DNA of 63,810 nucleotides, the filler included, from Choristocarpus tenellus KU-1152 (taxonomy: Eukaryota > Protista > Phaeophyceae), in the NCBI GenBank assembly GCA_964200185.2. It is 7 parts of 7 records of this genome, joined end to end, with 100 filler letters (N's around TTAATTAATTAA, not from the genome) between each part and the next. Parts side by side here need not be neighbours in the genome. Positions count along the whole stretch, not along the records: positions 33,360 to 61,046 come from CAXNAD020000140.1; 6 more parts are not named here. One strand, written 5' to 3'. The notes beneath the pieces are model-generated. The model worked only from the letters and a program-made list of their open reading frames with translations, made no database searches and was not told where the DNA came from. Positions 38,146 through 51,289 of the stretch are shown in pieces. The position numbers and the translations under genes are program-made. Numbering within the stretch: the stretch's first letter is position 1; each line of letters opens with the position of its first letter.

Positions 38146-41100
38146 ACCACCTCACTTGAATCTCTCAGAACCTCTCTCAGATGCCTGTTTCGCTATCAGA
38201 GCTGATACATGGTGAGGAAAAGGGAGACTGTGATTCGCAGTCTCTCCTTGAAGGCGAGACCAAAGGCAAGAAGGAGACTGCTCACTATGAGGGCATCAAG
38301 TTCCCCGGCATACTTAAGCAGGGTTCATCTTTCTTTCAAGATACAAGTGTTGACATTTCAGTGAGTCCAAGGGAAAGTGAGTGGGGGGGGCTTAGTGAGC
38401 GGAATGGAGTTGCATATTTTTGCTTGTTTACTGGATTTTTGTGAAGGTTTACTGTGTTCCTCATGTCAGTAGGGTCTGATGTTGGTGTCATTGTTGTTGT
38501 TGCCAGATGTGCAAGTTTGCTTCCTGTTCGCTCTTCACTGAATAGCAGGTATGTGGGATACTCAATTGACCCTCTCCTCTACATGCAACCGTGCCCAAAA
38601 TCTTCCCTCTTCTGTCCGCTCATAAGAAGGAGCAAGTTACTCTACAGTGATGGCAGCTGTATATATATCTTTGTGTAATCTCTCATCACAAATGAAGAAC
38701 ACCGAACATGAATATAGAAATCACCAAGAATCTTGTTTCCTGACTACCTCTGCTTAGTACTGGACCCAACACAGCACCCACCCTGCATTAATCCGATGAC
38801 TGAAGGCAAAGTTTGCAGGGCAATACTGTGAATAGTGTACAGCCTTGTTTGTTAAACACAAAATACATATGTATATATAATATATACGTAGTAACTGAGC
38901 GAACCTGCTCACCCAATTCGCCAATGTCCAGGAGTGGTAACCCCCTAAAATATACATATCGACCTTGAAGTAGGCAATGCCATATATTTGTAATGTATGG
39001 AATACTTCAATAGGTATACTTTTTTCTATATACAGTGGTAGAAATGTTTGGTACTTCAAAGTAATAAGATTTTTTTTCTCTTTTATCCTAATGTCAAGCA
39101 CCGATCATATCAAGTGCCCTCCCTCCTCTTCCTTTATGGAGCTGAGAGAGTACTATTTGTTTTATGTTCTTACTTTGTATGCCTACATCCTCCTCAACAG
39201 GCCAACCCCCTTCCCTCTCTTCTCTTGCCACATTTCCTTCCTTGTTGCACATACTTCTTACATGTATGTAATTATTATTTTGTCGGTGATGCCACTGGCA
39301 TCATTCTTGCGTTGTTTCTATTGAAGAATGTTGCAAGATCCGATAGCAGGAACTACTCAGAACGATAGCTGTATCCTGTGCGCTACTTTTTCAGCTCAAC
39401 CATGCTGTGCTACGTTTACATCTGTTTTCTGCTATGTACACCACAAATGGGTATAGGAGAGATTCTGCCAGATCCGTACAGAGCTGCCTGTCAGAGAGTT
39501 CGCCTGTGAGATACGTGTGAAGGGAGTGAGCTACCATGTGCAGAGAACTGCAAACAGAACAGACAAGCCTACAGTGGGCAACAGTGCTCTGCAGTTCATT
39601 CAGGTAGAGAGAGCGCATTTCTACAATGTGTTGTGTGTTCTTGCTTGTGTTTAGTAACTCAGTGTATTATAGTGTGAGCAGTACTTTCTCTCTGGTGTCT
39701 CAGAGTATGGCTTGTTAACAAGTTTCTGTTGGATATTCATACATTGATCTTGTGCGATTTGATGATAGCAAGCTATACTGCATGCTTTTGCTTTACTCTG
39801 AGGGATGGTTCTCAAGATTCCTTTCTAGTAAGTGGATGTTGGGGGATGGTCTTGAGTATTGTGTGTGTTTAGCTTGCACAAGTGAGTAAGTAGCGCATTT
39901 GTGTGTAAGTATAGACTAACTTTACTTTCTTGCCTTGTTATGTGCACCTCGTATCCCCTTTTTCGTTATACTTTCTGGTTACCTGGGTGTTGTAAAACTG
40001 ACATGTGTGTATTTGTGTGTGATTATCTCCTTCCATCCTAGCAAGAGTACCTTTGATTGACACACCAAGCAAGATATGAACCTAGCATTTCACGTTTCCC
40101 ATCTCTTTCTTTTCTGAAATGCTCACAAGCATTGACTGCATCGTTGAACATTGGTGCCGTACTGAATGTAGCAGATATTAATACCCTGTGTTCTCATTTT
40201 CGAAACCCCACGTCAAATCTGTCTACCTACTGCATCTTTAGAGCCAAGGCAAAAATCGGAGGGAGAGGGGAAGGGAATATGGCATGAAAATTTTGTTTCC
40301 CCCAATAGAATGATCTCTGCATCACTTTGAGCAAATATCATGCCTTTACCTTGTAGTATCCGCTATCCCCGCAATCCTTGTGCGACTGCTGTGGTTGAAA
40401 ATACATCGGATCTCATGATCTTATCTCACCAATGCATTTCCTGCTGCCGACCTTACCTCTCTTACTGGCATCTGCTGTGCAGACCCTGATGTGCCTGCCC
40501 TGCTTCAGGATGGTGGGTTCCAGACAGAAGATGGAGCAGAAGACCATCCTGAAGGACGTCTCAGGTGTTTTCAAGCCAGGGACCATCACACTTGTAGTAG
40601 GGCCTCCAGGGTGTGGTAAGGTAATAATGACGCTTCAACTTCTTGTGCTCATTTGTTGCAGCTTATTCCCCAATATTTGATCAGCAAATGCTTGCAAGTA
40701 TGTTGAGAGATGTTGAAGTATTCCACATGGGACCCATGGCTGAGATGATCAATCGTGTGCCTTGGAAGAGGACAATACTTGGTGTGAATATATGTTAATG
40801 TCACAAAGGGCTTATGGTCTCAATTCCGTTGACTGAACTCATGGGGCTCACAACTGGTGGCACCCATTACTATTCCTATAGTGTGGGGTCTGCAATTTTC
40901 CACACTAACTCACTATGAACCACTAACTTTCTTGTCTTCAGTATAACAATAAGCATATCTATAACTGGTTCTTCATCCTATTATCTACTCCACCAGTGAT
41001 GTTTATAGTTTATCAGCAGCACTATCCATGACACTTTAAATGTTTGAGAAGTCTCTAGTATATTTTTCACTGCTTGTGCTGTATCATTGTATATGTGCTT

Positions 41101-43671
41101 ATACCAAAGTTGTCCTTTAGCTAGTTCTCCTTTCCAGTACAAGGCATCCACTGTATTGAATTGTACCTGCCTAATGGAGAAGACCACAATATTTGGGTTT
41201 TTGTAGTATTCTCAGGAGCAAACCTGCCAGAGGTAAACCTGCTCTGAAAGTGATGGAGCGTTGGGGGGCTGCAGTGGAAGATGCCTCCCCTCAATCATTT
41301 TGTCAGACCTAGTGAGGGAAAGTTGTGTCAGGAGTGTTGAGCATAAACAAATCTTTTTCACTGTTTTACTATGCTAGGCAGAAGCCGAGGGTGAGAGGTG
41401 AGGGTATAGCATATCAATGAAAGTTCAAGAAGCACCAGTATTGTTTTACATGGCTTATGGAACAGGATGACACATGTCCATTCACATATGCTTCCATATA
41501 GATATCATAACATGATGCTCTATAGGGTCTCCTGTACACCAATCGTATTAGTGCTTCAAATTGAGATTTTTTTTCAGTTTCTGTTTTATCTTGTCGGGTG
41601 CCCACCTCTTGCCCTACCTCACCGACGATCCTCATGGCTTCATCCCTATCCCTATGGAACAGTCCTCGCTGTTGAAGCTCATGGCAGGGCGCCTGAGGGA
41701 AGACAAGGGGCACATCCATGAGGGTGAGGTGCTGTACAACGGTGACCTCAAGTCCTCTGGGAAGTTCTCGCTTCCCAAAGTAGCACACCTGGTGGAGCAG
41801 GTGAACTTAGAGACTGCACACATCCTGGATTTGCTTCCCAGCAGACAAGGGCTTGTAGTATGTTCATATTCCAGATTTCGTTAAACCATGGGTGCCAGTT
41901 CTATCATTGAGATAATGACAACTAAAAGCGGTGTAATCTAATGTGTATTTGACGTGCATGGTGCAGGCAGTATTTTTGTAAATGCATGCACTTCAAACAA
42001 TTGAACCTACCTCCAAAGTGCTTTTTTTTTGTTAGAGCGAGGTGAAGATTGGGGCTGCCTTTGTTCATTCCTGTTGAGCCTAAGGTGTTCTACCCCTTAT
42101 TAGGCAAGCATAGTGTTCTATGGGATGTACTCTTGATGGCATGTAAAGGGGGGAAATGTTGACGTAAAGGTAGGCTATGAAAAAGTTGCTTTCCTGCTTT
42201 CTCAAGATACTATTTTTAGCGTCCAGCGGAGTTGATAAAGTATGGACCTATTACATTTATTTTTTGCACAAAATGAAGTACCACGTTGTTTGCTGAAGAG
42301 GTAGTTGAGGTGTGAAGCTCTGTAAGGGATGATAAGAGTTGTATCTCGACGATTTGAGCATGAATATAGGTGGTCCATGTTTTTCTTTTTTTCTGACAAG
42401 AGTGGCACTCCAACAATTTTACTTGTATGAAATGGAGACAAGCTAGCACCATAGAAAAATTTATGAGAAATGCCGCCACATCCAAATTTGAGGGGGTGGG
42501 GAATTGCATCGCGTCTTCCAGATCAATGCATGAGATGCAAGAAGTCCATCCATGAAACGCCCACACAAGCATTTCATCGGTAATCTGCCCCCCCACAGTT
42601 ACCCCCTCATCTTACTTTCCAACCGCATCTATACTATCTACTGCTCCCCCCCTGTGTGTGTCTGTTCTAGAGTACCTCTGTCCCTCCCTACGGCCTTTCT
42701 GTTATCTTTATGAAAAAAAATCCTTCACAGTTTCTTTCTGCTCCCTGCCCCATGCATGCAACGACCTATTCCCAACATTTGTTAGACTGATCGCCATCTT
42801 CCTACACTAATGGTGGAGGAAACACTTATGTTCGCCTTTCAATCAATGTGCGGAGGCAAGCACTTGATGGAGAGAGCTGAGGGCAGTACCCCTCTTACCA
42901 AGGAGCAGGAGGACCTTTGTGACTTCATGGACAAACGTGCATTGAAGGTCAGTTTGTTTTTCTATTTTTGGTAAACTAGATGTTACAGGTATCGTTGTCT
43001 TTGTGTAAAGTGCGGATGAGAGTTGATTTCTTGTCAATTCTGATCCTAGTGGAGTATGACTTTTTTTTGTCTTGCACAGGGGAGAGAGATACGTACTCCC
43101 AGTTATTTGATGTAAAGTGCTGCAGAAGAAATACTCTTGAGATTGTTAAAAACTGAGCGAGGTGTCATGTCAAACTGCAAAGTTCTAGGACTACTGCACT
43201 ATACAACTCCCACGGAGCTCTACTATTATGTGCAGGATGTGAATTGGTACTGCAAAACTGACTGTGGTATTTATAGGGATAATTAATAGACAATTTGGTA
43301 TATCAATGGCGATGTTGCAACTTGGTCCCCCTTTATGGCACCCTAATACCAACAGATTTGACATGCCTTATTTGCCGATTATTCTTTGTAACTTTTTTAT
43401 AGCTCCAATGTGCTGAGGTCTCTGGCCGTGATTTGAGGTACAAAAACATACGTGCAATGAGAATGTTAGTAGGCGCTTGTGCATAGATTAAAAAAACAAA
43501 CATATTCACTTATTTACACATTTGACCCTTTCGACGAATGAGTGCCAAAATGCAGTTGATAGTGTCAAAATAAATCTTGAAGTCACAAATCGCCTCATTC
43601 ACCAAAACAACACACACAACGAATTTCCTGCACTCTAAAATGATAAAATAGAAGATAATATAGAATCATCA

Positions 43672-43702
<31 letters not shown>

Positions 43703-43859
43703 TTTGTACTTACGCTAGTAGTATATACAGATTACATAATACAACTAGAGCGAATGGAAAATAGGGAGGCATGGCCATAACGTGTCTAACCCAAGAGCCA
43801 AACAAATATTATTTGGCCATCATAGAATATTAAAACATGTTTTAGTTCATCGGTCTCAC

Positions 43860-45480
43860 TACTTAGTATGACTGGAGTCACCACCCAGTCATTTATAATC
43901 AAGTTGGAACTTGACCGAGTCCATGGCCATCACTGCTCGCATCGACCATTTCAACATACCTAGGCCATGGACTGCCTTGCGCCATATGGCTGACTGTAGA
44001 CATGCTAACAGCCCAGCCTAACGAAAAGCTCTGTAATATCGAGATCAGATCAACACAGGGTGTAGGATAATTTGCTTCTCCAGTGCCGTTATTTATCACC
44101 ATGGTTTTTCACAGCCTCACCTTTTCATGACTAATCCCCTTCCTTATCAGCCCTGTCTGAGGTGCTTGGAACCAGAAATACACCCTCTACTTGCTCATTG
44201 CTAATGTTCAGCGTCAAGGCCCGGTATATATCGCTCTACTCTTATCCTAATAGCTGTAGGCACTTGGCTGCTTGAGGGCGTTGGTGATTCTAAAAGTGTT
44301 TTGGGGGATTGGTCAGCCTTGATCTCAAGCCAGGCAATGCCTCTCTTAAGTTAGTTCTGCAGATTCCCCCACTTGCTTGTCCTTTGGATGCCCGAGCTTG
44401 AGGTTTTGAAGAACCTCTATATGGTAGTTGGTGTCCCGCTTAAATTCGTGCCTGTGGTTGTTTTTCAGGTAGTACTAATACCCTGACCAATCTGCAGGCA
44501 TTGCTAGTGAAGCTTGGTGGGATTTCCGCTACTGCGCCTGACCACGGTGATCACACCACTCTACTGGCTTGTACACAGGATGACTTGGAATATGTGTAGT
44601 CTGGAACTCCATCCTTGTAGTAGAACAAATATTTGAGACCATGGAAACAATGCGAGCGAGAAATCCCACCTACCATTGAACTCCACCCTTCTGTGTTCGC
44701 TCGTTTGTGAGTCTTTTCTCGATGACCCTCTAGTGGAGACCTCCATCTTTCCTGTGTATTCCAAGATAATCTTGAGAGAGTCAGGATGAGATCTAACAAA
44801 CGCAATTGCTGTTCCTTTTTCACTTACATGCCAATCATTCTCTTCTGAATCAGAACTTGTGCAATTCCGGCATGCCAGGCGACTTTGCTACCCATTTTCA
44901 ACCGGGCAGTTTCGTTTGCCTTGCAAATAATGATGTCCTTGTCGGTGATAGTGGACTTTCTCAACAAGAATGTTTTCCCCAATAAATAGACTGGGGTTAG
45001 CTACCCTTTACTGTTGACTGAGGACATTGCCTCTGATATTGTTAGGGTTAACAGATTACTCCTCTGTATTTCTCTCGGAGTCCTTTTTAGTTCGTGCCCT
45101 TGGGGCGGTGATTGCTGGAGCACTCAGCGGCCTTAGTGTCCACAATTGGCCATATCCTGATTTTCCATCAAACCACACCCCATTTGGAAAATCAGATGAC
45201 AGAACATGGATGCCTCAGTGAACAGAGGCCATCACAGAGGACTTCAGAATTTCCTAAATCACTAAGTAGGTCTTGCGCCCTCTCACCTCCAGGATCGTGC
45301 CATCACGCTGTTCTTTGTCGGAGTGTTTTGAGTCCTGACCTCGGACAGAATTCTGGGCCGAAAAATTGAGACTGACAGGCAATAATGGGATGAGTGAACT
45401 AACTGCTCGAACAACGACGATCCTTTGTCCCAGGCATTCCAATAAACACCTGCTTCGATAGGTTCATGAAATTCCTGTGC
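43860..45480 (-). mobile_element. Decayed Ty1/Copia-like protease-integrase relic inside ABCG intron 5
   Basis: Remnants GGISRSHCFHGLKYLFYYKD (compare GP..S..G.KY...F.D) and HPKDKQVGNLQN (compare TP.QNG.AER). It accounts for the unusually long 2.6-kb intron. Confidence 0.4.
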
Positions 45481-48400
45481 TTTCTCACGGTGTGGGTCAA
45501 TGTCCACTCTTTATTGACACTCCTTCGAAATGCAGGTCCAGTTGATCATGCTTGACCTTGGACTTTTGCGGGCGAAGGACACGGTAGTGGGGAATAATAT
45601 GCTTCGTGGTGTCAGTGGTGGGGAGAGAAGGCGTGTCACAACAGGTGAGGTGTGGGGACCTATGCATATGAAAGCATGACTTGTGGTTCTGTTGTTGCTC
45701 TCCTTCTGCATGCTACCCCTCTTGGGCAGATTCCTACTCTGAAGTAAGAAGTCAACTCTCGGTGCACCTCGTTGTCTTCGGCTATTTCTTGCTCTGATGG
45801 ATTTGCTGCCTTTTTGGTCTGATGTTCCAACCCTTTGAGCGTTTTTTTTTGTTTTTGTTTGTGTGTTCTTGTAATGCAGGAGAGATGCTGTGCGGCCCAC
45901 AGAGCTGCTTTCTTCTGGACAGCATAAGCACCGGTCTTGATGCGAGCACCACTTTCGACATCATTTTTGCTCTTCGGGTGGGTTTTGCTTGAGAAGCTGA
46001 CCTCCCTCCGCATGTCTTTTGTTGTTGTTGACAGTAGGCAAAATCTTAACTTCTGTTGAGCCTTGTACTGTCCATGAGTAATTACTTTACCGTGGCTGCT
46101 TGGTCAGCAAAACAAAATACCTCCTCATTACTTCTTGCCTAGAATTTCTTGTTTCTCCTTTTGAATTTAAAATTTTCTTCATAGTCCACACCACCCCCAC
46201 CCCCCCATCTCTACTTCTCCCCTTATGCTCCGCATGCTTGAATCAACTCGTAGTTGGTATGCAAGGAGTTCAATACGACTGCCGTGGTGACACTTCTCCA
46301 GCCACCCCCTGAGGTCAGTCCGCTGTACTTCCTGCTAGCCATGTTCCCCTATATGTTCACTGATGCACTGTTTTTCTAGAGGGTGCTCCCTTACCTCTAC
46401 TTTTGTTTTTGTTTTTTGGGTGCGAGTGGATGTCCAGTGAGTGGGTGTGCATTAGAGAGAGGGAGGGAGAGGGGGAGGGAGGGAGAGTGAGTTTAATGCG
46501 CTTGTGTGGAGCTGTATCTTTGCATAGGCAGTTTTTCTACCTTCCAGGAATCTTTCCCACTATGAAGGTGTGAGACTGATTGCCCTTACCTCTTGGCTCG
46601 ATATATTCTAAATATATCCATATAGTCTTGATCTGTGCTATCTGTGCCATGTCTAACATTAGCATATCTCTCTCAGTTTGTCCTCAATAATTTTATGCAA
46701 GGCGGAGTAATCCCTGCAATAGAGAGTAGGTTTGTGGATTTGTGAATTTATGCCCTGATAGTGAGCATATATATTCCCCTTCGCAATCACCTACTTCTTA
46801 CAAGTGTACTTCTACTCAAATCATGCCTTCTCACTCCATTCTCAACACCTCCTTGCTCACACCTGTTCAATAGTTCCTGTGTCACTCTCTCAACCCTAGT
46901 CTGTTATTTGTTCACAATCAGACGATTTTGCCATGAACTGGAACCCTACCCTGACTTCCAATGCAATTGCAGGTGTATGGATTGTTTGATGAGGTATGTG
47001 TCATGGCAGAGGGCTCTGTCATATACCACGGGCCACGGGAGGACTGCATGCCCCACTTCAACAGCTTGGGGTGAGGGGGATGGGAAAGGGTGCAGGGAGG
47101 AGGGTGGTTGAAGTAACCTCCAATCCAAGTTGTGCTTGTGTAGCAAAATCGTTTGCCAATAAGTGTGAATGATGGGATCACTTCTGTAGATGATGGGGGC
47201 TTGCATCTCTATATTTCTCTGTGAGCAAATGTCTACACAGTCCCATATTTTTCCAACTGCAGGATCCCCAGTAGGACTTTCTTTTGTTGCTTCACCAGCT
47301 ATACTTCCTACCTCATGGGGCATTGAAGGCGTTGAACAAGTAAATAACAAGGTTTCCAACTGAATCTATAGCCATTGCCTTTCTGCAGCAATAAGTGTCG
47401 TATTCATGCAGTGTGTGCGTCGCTTCATTACATTGCTCGGATGCCTATACATGAAACTGTAAAATTTGTTGTATATTGTCGAGGTTGGGAAACGTGCCTG
47501 AAATAGAAAGGCATTGCACTATTCATGAATTAGAGGAAACACTTCCACGTGATTTCAAAGAGTGAGATTTTATTCTCTTTGCCCTCATCATGAAGTGGGT
47601 ATGAATACACAATACCATGCCTACCTCTTCTTACCTCTTCTTGTCTAGACATGCTTACACTTTTCGTCTCCGCCCACTTTTCATGTGGCCTCCCTCCACC
47701 TTGTCTCATTCTGCCCCCTCAGTCTTCCGAAGACATAAGCAAGTGCCAACTGCCAAAGGGAAGGGACAGATATGTTTCCCAATGCCTTAACCCCACCCTT
47801 TCCCTCCTTCTCCTTCCTGTGATACAAATGAAATATTATGTTGACTTTTCCGAAGAGGAAAGATGAGGCAGACTGGCTAGTTGAGTTGACAGGGGAGATT
47901 GGGCGTGCCTACAGGATGGACCCTGCCGAGCTTATGGACAGGGGGCTAGGGCCGCCGCCTGAGACTCCTCAGGAGTTTAGTGCCAAGTGGCAGGAGACGT
48001 CAACCTACAATACCCTTATGGAGGTAGGGGATGTTTTTTTTTGTGTATTGTGTGTTTGATGATTGCATTAGGACGTCCTTGAGCCCTGATGTTGCTACAA
48101 AGGGTTGCCATACTTTTGGGTATTTTAGTACTTGTGCTGGTTGCATCAGCGCTTTGTCCTGAGGACCACTACTCCAAATTTCACCATTGCTGGAAGAATT
48201 CTGTCGTACTTCATGATAAAGATATGTTTCGAAATATTTACTCTCACTAAATATCACCTTCTTCATACACTCTCCCTTTTTTTTTTCATTTCCCAATCCC
48301 TCTTCTCTCTTTCCATGTCACAAACACGCAGACATATTCAGACATACACACACACCTGACCTGTGACCCTTGCCTGCTGACCTGTTCCACAGACGTTGAG

Positions 48401-48866
48401 CACCTCTAACGACGATGTGCCCAAGAAGTGGCCTAAGGCATACACACACACACATGGTGGAAGTTGGTTGTACTACACTCGTCTGTGCTGCCGTAGGCAG
48501 TTTTCCCTACTTAGGCGAGATGTATCTTTTGTCAAGAGTCAGGTCTTGATGGCAATTGCCATGGGTGAGTTGCTCTCGGTATCACTGCTGTGGAGCTCTG
48601 TGGGCGGAGGGGGGAGGGGGGAAGGAGAGTTTTGGAGAAATTATACGAATTTTTACGGTGCATGGAGTCGGAATTACGAACTGCAAGGATTTTGTTGATG
48701 TACTTTGCACCAAGCAATCTATCAAGCGTGATGACAATTTTGTTATTGAAATAAGGTATCAAGAATTTACTGATAAATGATACGAAGTATGAAGATAAGT
48801 ATGTTGCCGTTGTTCAGCCCACAGTACCATGGCGAGTCTGCAATAACAGCAGTGATTTATTTAGAC

Positions 48867-48935
48867 TAAATAATACGCCGCAATTTAAATAATACGCCGC
48901 AATTTAAATAATACGCCGCAATTTAAATAATACGC
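48867..48935. repeat. 19-bp minisatellite, about 3.5 copies, in an ABCG intron
   Basis: TAAATAATACGCCGCAATT repeated head-to-tail. Confidence 0.9.
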
Positions 48936-51258
48936 TGCAGATGCATACACATTTGTGTCAATGCTCTTTTCCCTTTGCTCCCCGCGTACTCCTGCCCCCC
49001 CCTACTTTTCATTCTTGTGTCTCCTTACTCTGTATGATGCAGGGCTGGTAGTGGGATCTATTTTCTTTGATCTCGAGCTTGAAGACGCCAATGCCAAGTT
49101 TGGGGTGAGGCCGTATACTTCTGACTTGTGTGTGAATATTTTCACCCACTAAATTATTTATCGTTATCAAGGACATCCCTATAGTACAACGTATTGAGCT
49201 TTTCCTGTTGTTGAACAAAATGAATTGCACTACTATGTGCTCTTTTTGTGTGGTTGCTGGTTTTGACGTTTTGTCATTAACGATGGTGGGAGCAGACACA
49301 GGCAGTTCCCCCACCTGACCCTTCCAGTCATTCTTACTTCTTTTGATGTACCCGTGTTTTTTTTTTTTGAAGCGCACTGATTTGTTCACACCCATCCCTC
49401 TCTGACTTGACTGATGCCAATCATTGTTGGCGGACAAATTGGAACACCATCAATTGTGCTGTGTCGCAAACTACTCAAGTTTGTCTTCTTCTCCTTGCTA
49501 TTCCTCGCCACTGGAGGCATGGCCCAGGTGCATGGATGTTCTCGTTGTTTTGGGGAGAGGGAGGTCAAGGATTGGGCTAAGGGGAAAGGGTTTGTGGTTA
49601 GGGAATGGAGGGGGCTAAGGGGGTATATTTATGAATTCCTTTTATTTCTTTGTACAGAGGGCGTTGCAACACTATCCATCGAACAGGATATCCCCCCCCC
49701 TTCCCCCTATGGATGGACCAGCTTAATGGTAGCGTTTGGACTTTTGAAATGATACGTGAACTATAGGGTAAGAAACTTGTTGAGAAAATGAGGGAGGTAG
49801 CTCTACACTACTGGTGTAAGGGATAATTGAAACTTCAAGTCTGGATCCACTGCTATCTGAATGTCATGCATACATACCTTGTCCCTCTCTTACCCAAACA
49901 TCTCCCTCTATCTCTTCCAACTTGGCGATTGACTTGCCGTTTGTCTCTTTCTTCTGTGTTCGCTGCATCTGCTTTATTTGAGGAAACAGATCCCTACAGC
50001 GGTGGCCAACCGCAGTGTGTTACACAAACAGGCTGACGCTGGCTTCTATCCCACATCATGTGAATTGGTGGCCTCTGTCATCGCTTCTAACCTTGTCACG
50101 GTCAGCCACACATTTTTTTTATTCGCATGTTTTCCCTCGGGAGTCAGCCTTCCTTGACTCTTTATTTTTATTCTCTTCCAGCCAACACTCGAGCAGTATT
50201 ATTTTCATTTTTCGTCCTGGCCATTCAACTGTACAGCATCCTCACACACCCACACACTCACAAGTTCAACACACACGCACACACGCACACACACACACAT
50301 TCCATGGTTCTCAAACTCTAAAGCACCAGAAAGGTCACCGAGTATTATACTTCAAATTTTTCTTGAGTTTTAAGGGTATCTTAGTTTTCACATGTCCTGC
50401 TCTTGGATTGAACAGGGGATTCAAGCAGTGATATACGCCCCCCTGATGTACTTCATGGCTAGTTTCACCTCCTCTGATGGAGGGTGGCGCTTCTTCACTT
50501 TTATGGTGATTGGTGAGGAGCTTGGTCTGTGGCTGGTCCCTTCGAGTCAGTTCTATGTGTCCTTAAACAGGGATCCTAACCCCTAGAGAACCTACATTTT
50601 TTTTCATGCTGTCCACCTTCCAGTTCCACTGGAGTCAAATGACACAGCTTTGTATCCACCCACTCGTAGGCAATATATCTATGTGTTATCCCCGCCACTA
50701 GATATGACATATTTATTGCCCATACGATGCAGTAGATATACCTTCAATGTGATTAATTGTCTTGTTATATGAAAAATTTAGCTGGATAGTCATACAACCC
50801 TTAAAGTATGCACGTTTTGGCCGCTTGCATTTTGTCATTTTTAAGACCTGTGCAATACATCCTGTTTTCTTGACTTGGTGTACAATATCATGCCCTGAAA
50901 ACAGACTCATCGTTGAGTAGAGAGGCTGGTGAAAGAAATCGCCAAAATTGAGTGAAGGCCCTATAATTATGAGGATCCGCTAGAATGGTCAGAAAACGTT
51001 TGTACATTTCAGATAGGTTATAGTATCTTTCAATGTCACACTTAATAAACCCTCTCTTGATAGGACAAGCAAATGATCATGACCTCTGCATTTGTGCTGG
51101 GAAAAGGTGACCGTTTGCACTATATTTTCTCATCCATAGGAGCCAGTGTGGCGAAGAAATGGTCTAACCAACCTCGCTTCCCTTCCCCTTCCCCTTCCCC
51201 TCTCACTACAACCCATTGTTACACACTCTAATATCAAAACCTAGAATTTCCCCTGACT

Positions 51259-51289
51259 CTAACCTAACCCTAACCCTAAACCTAACCCT
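51259..51289. repeat. Interstitial telomere-like (CCCTAA)n tract
   Basis: CTAACCTAACCCTAACCCTAAACCTAACCCT; a degenerate G-strand version lies at about 56783-56835. Confidence 0.6.

Noticed and set aside
48867-48935. CRISPR-like array
   Set aside because: Head-to-tail 19-mers with no spacers, inside a eukaryotic intron.
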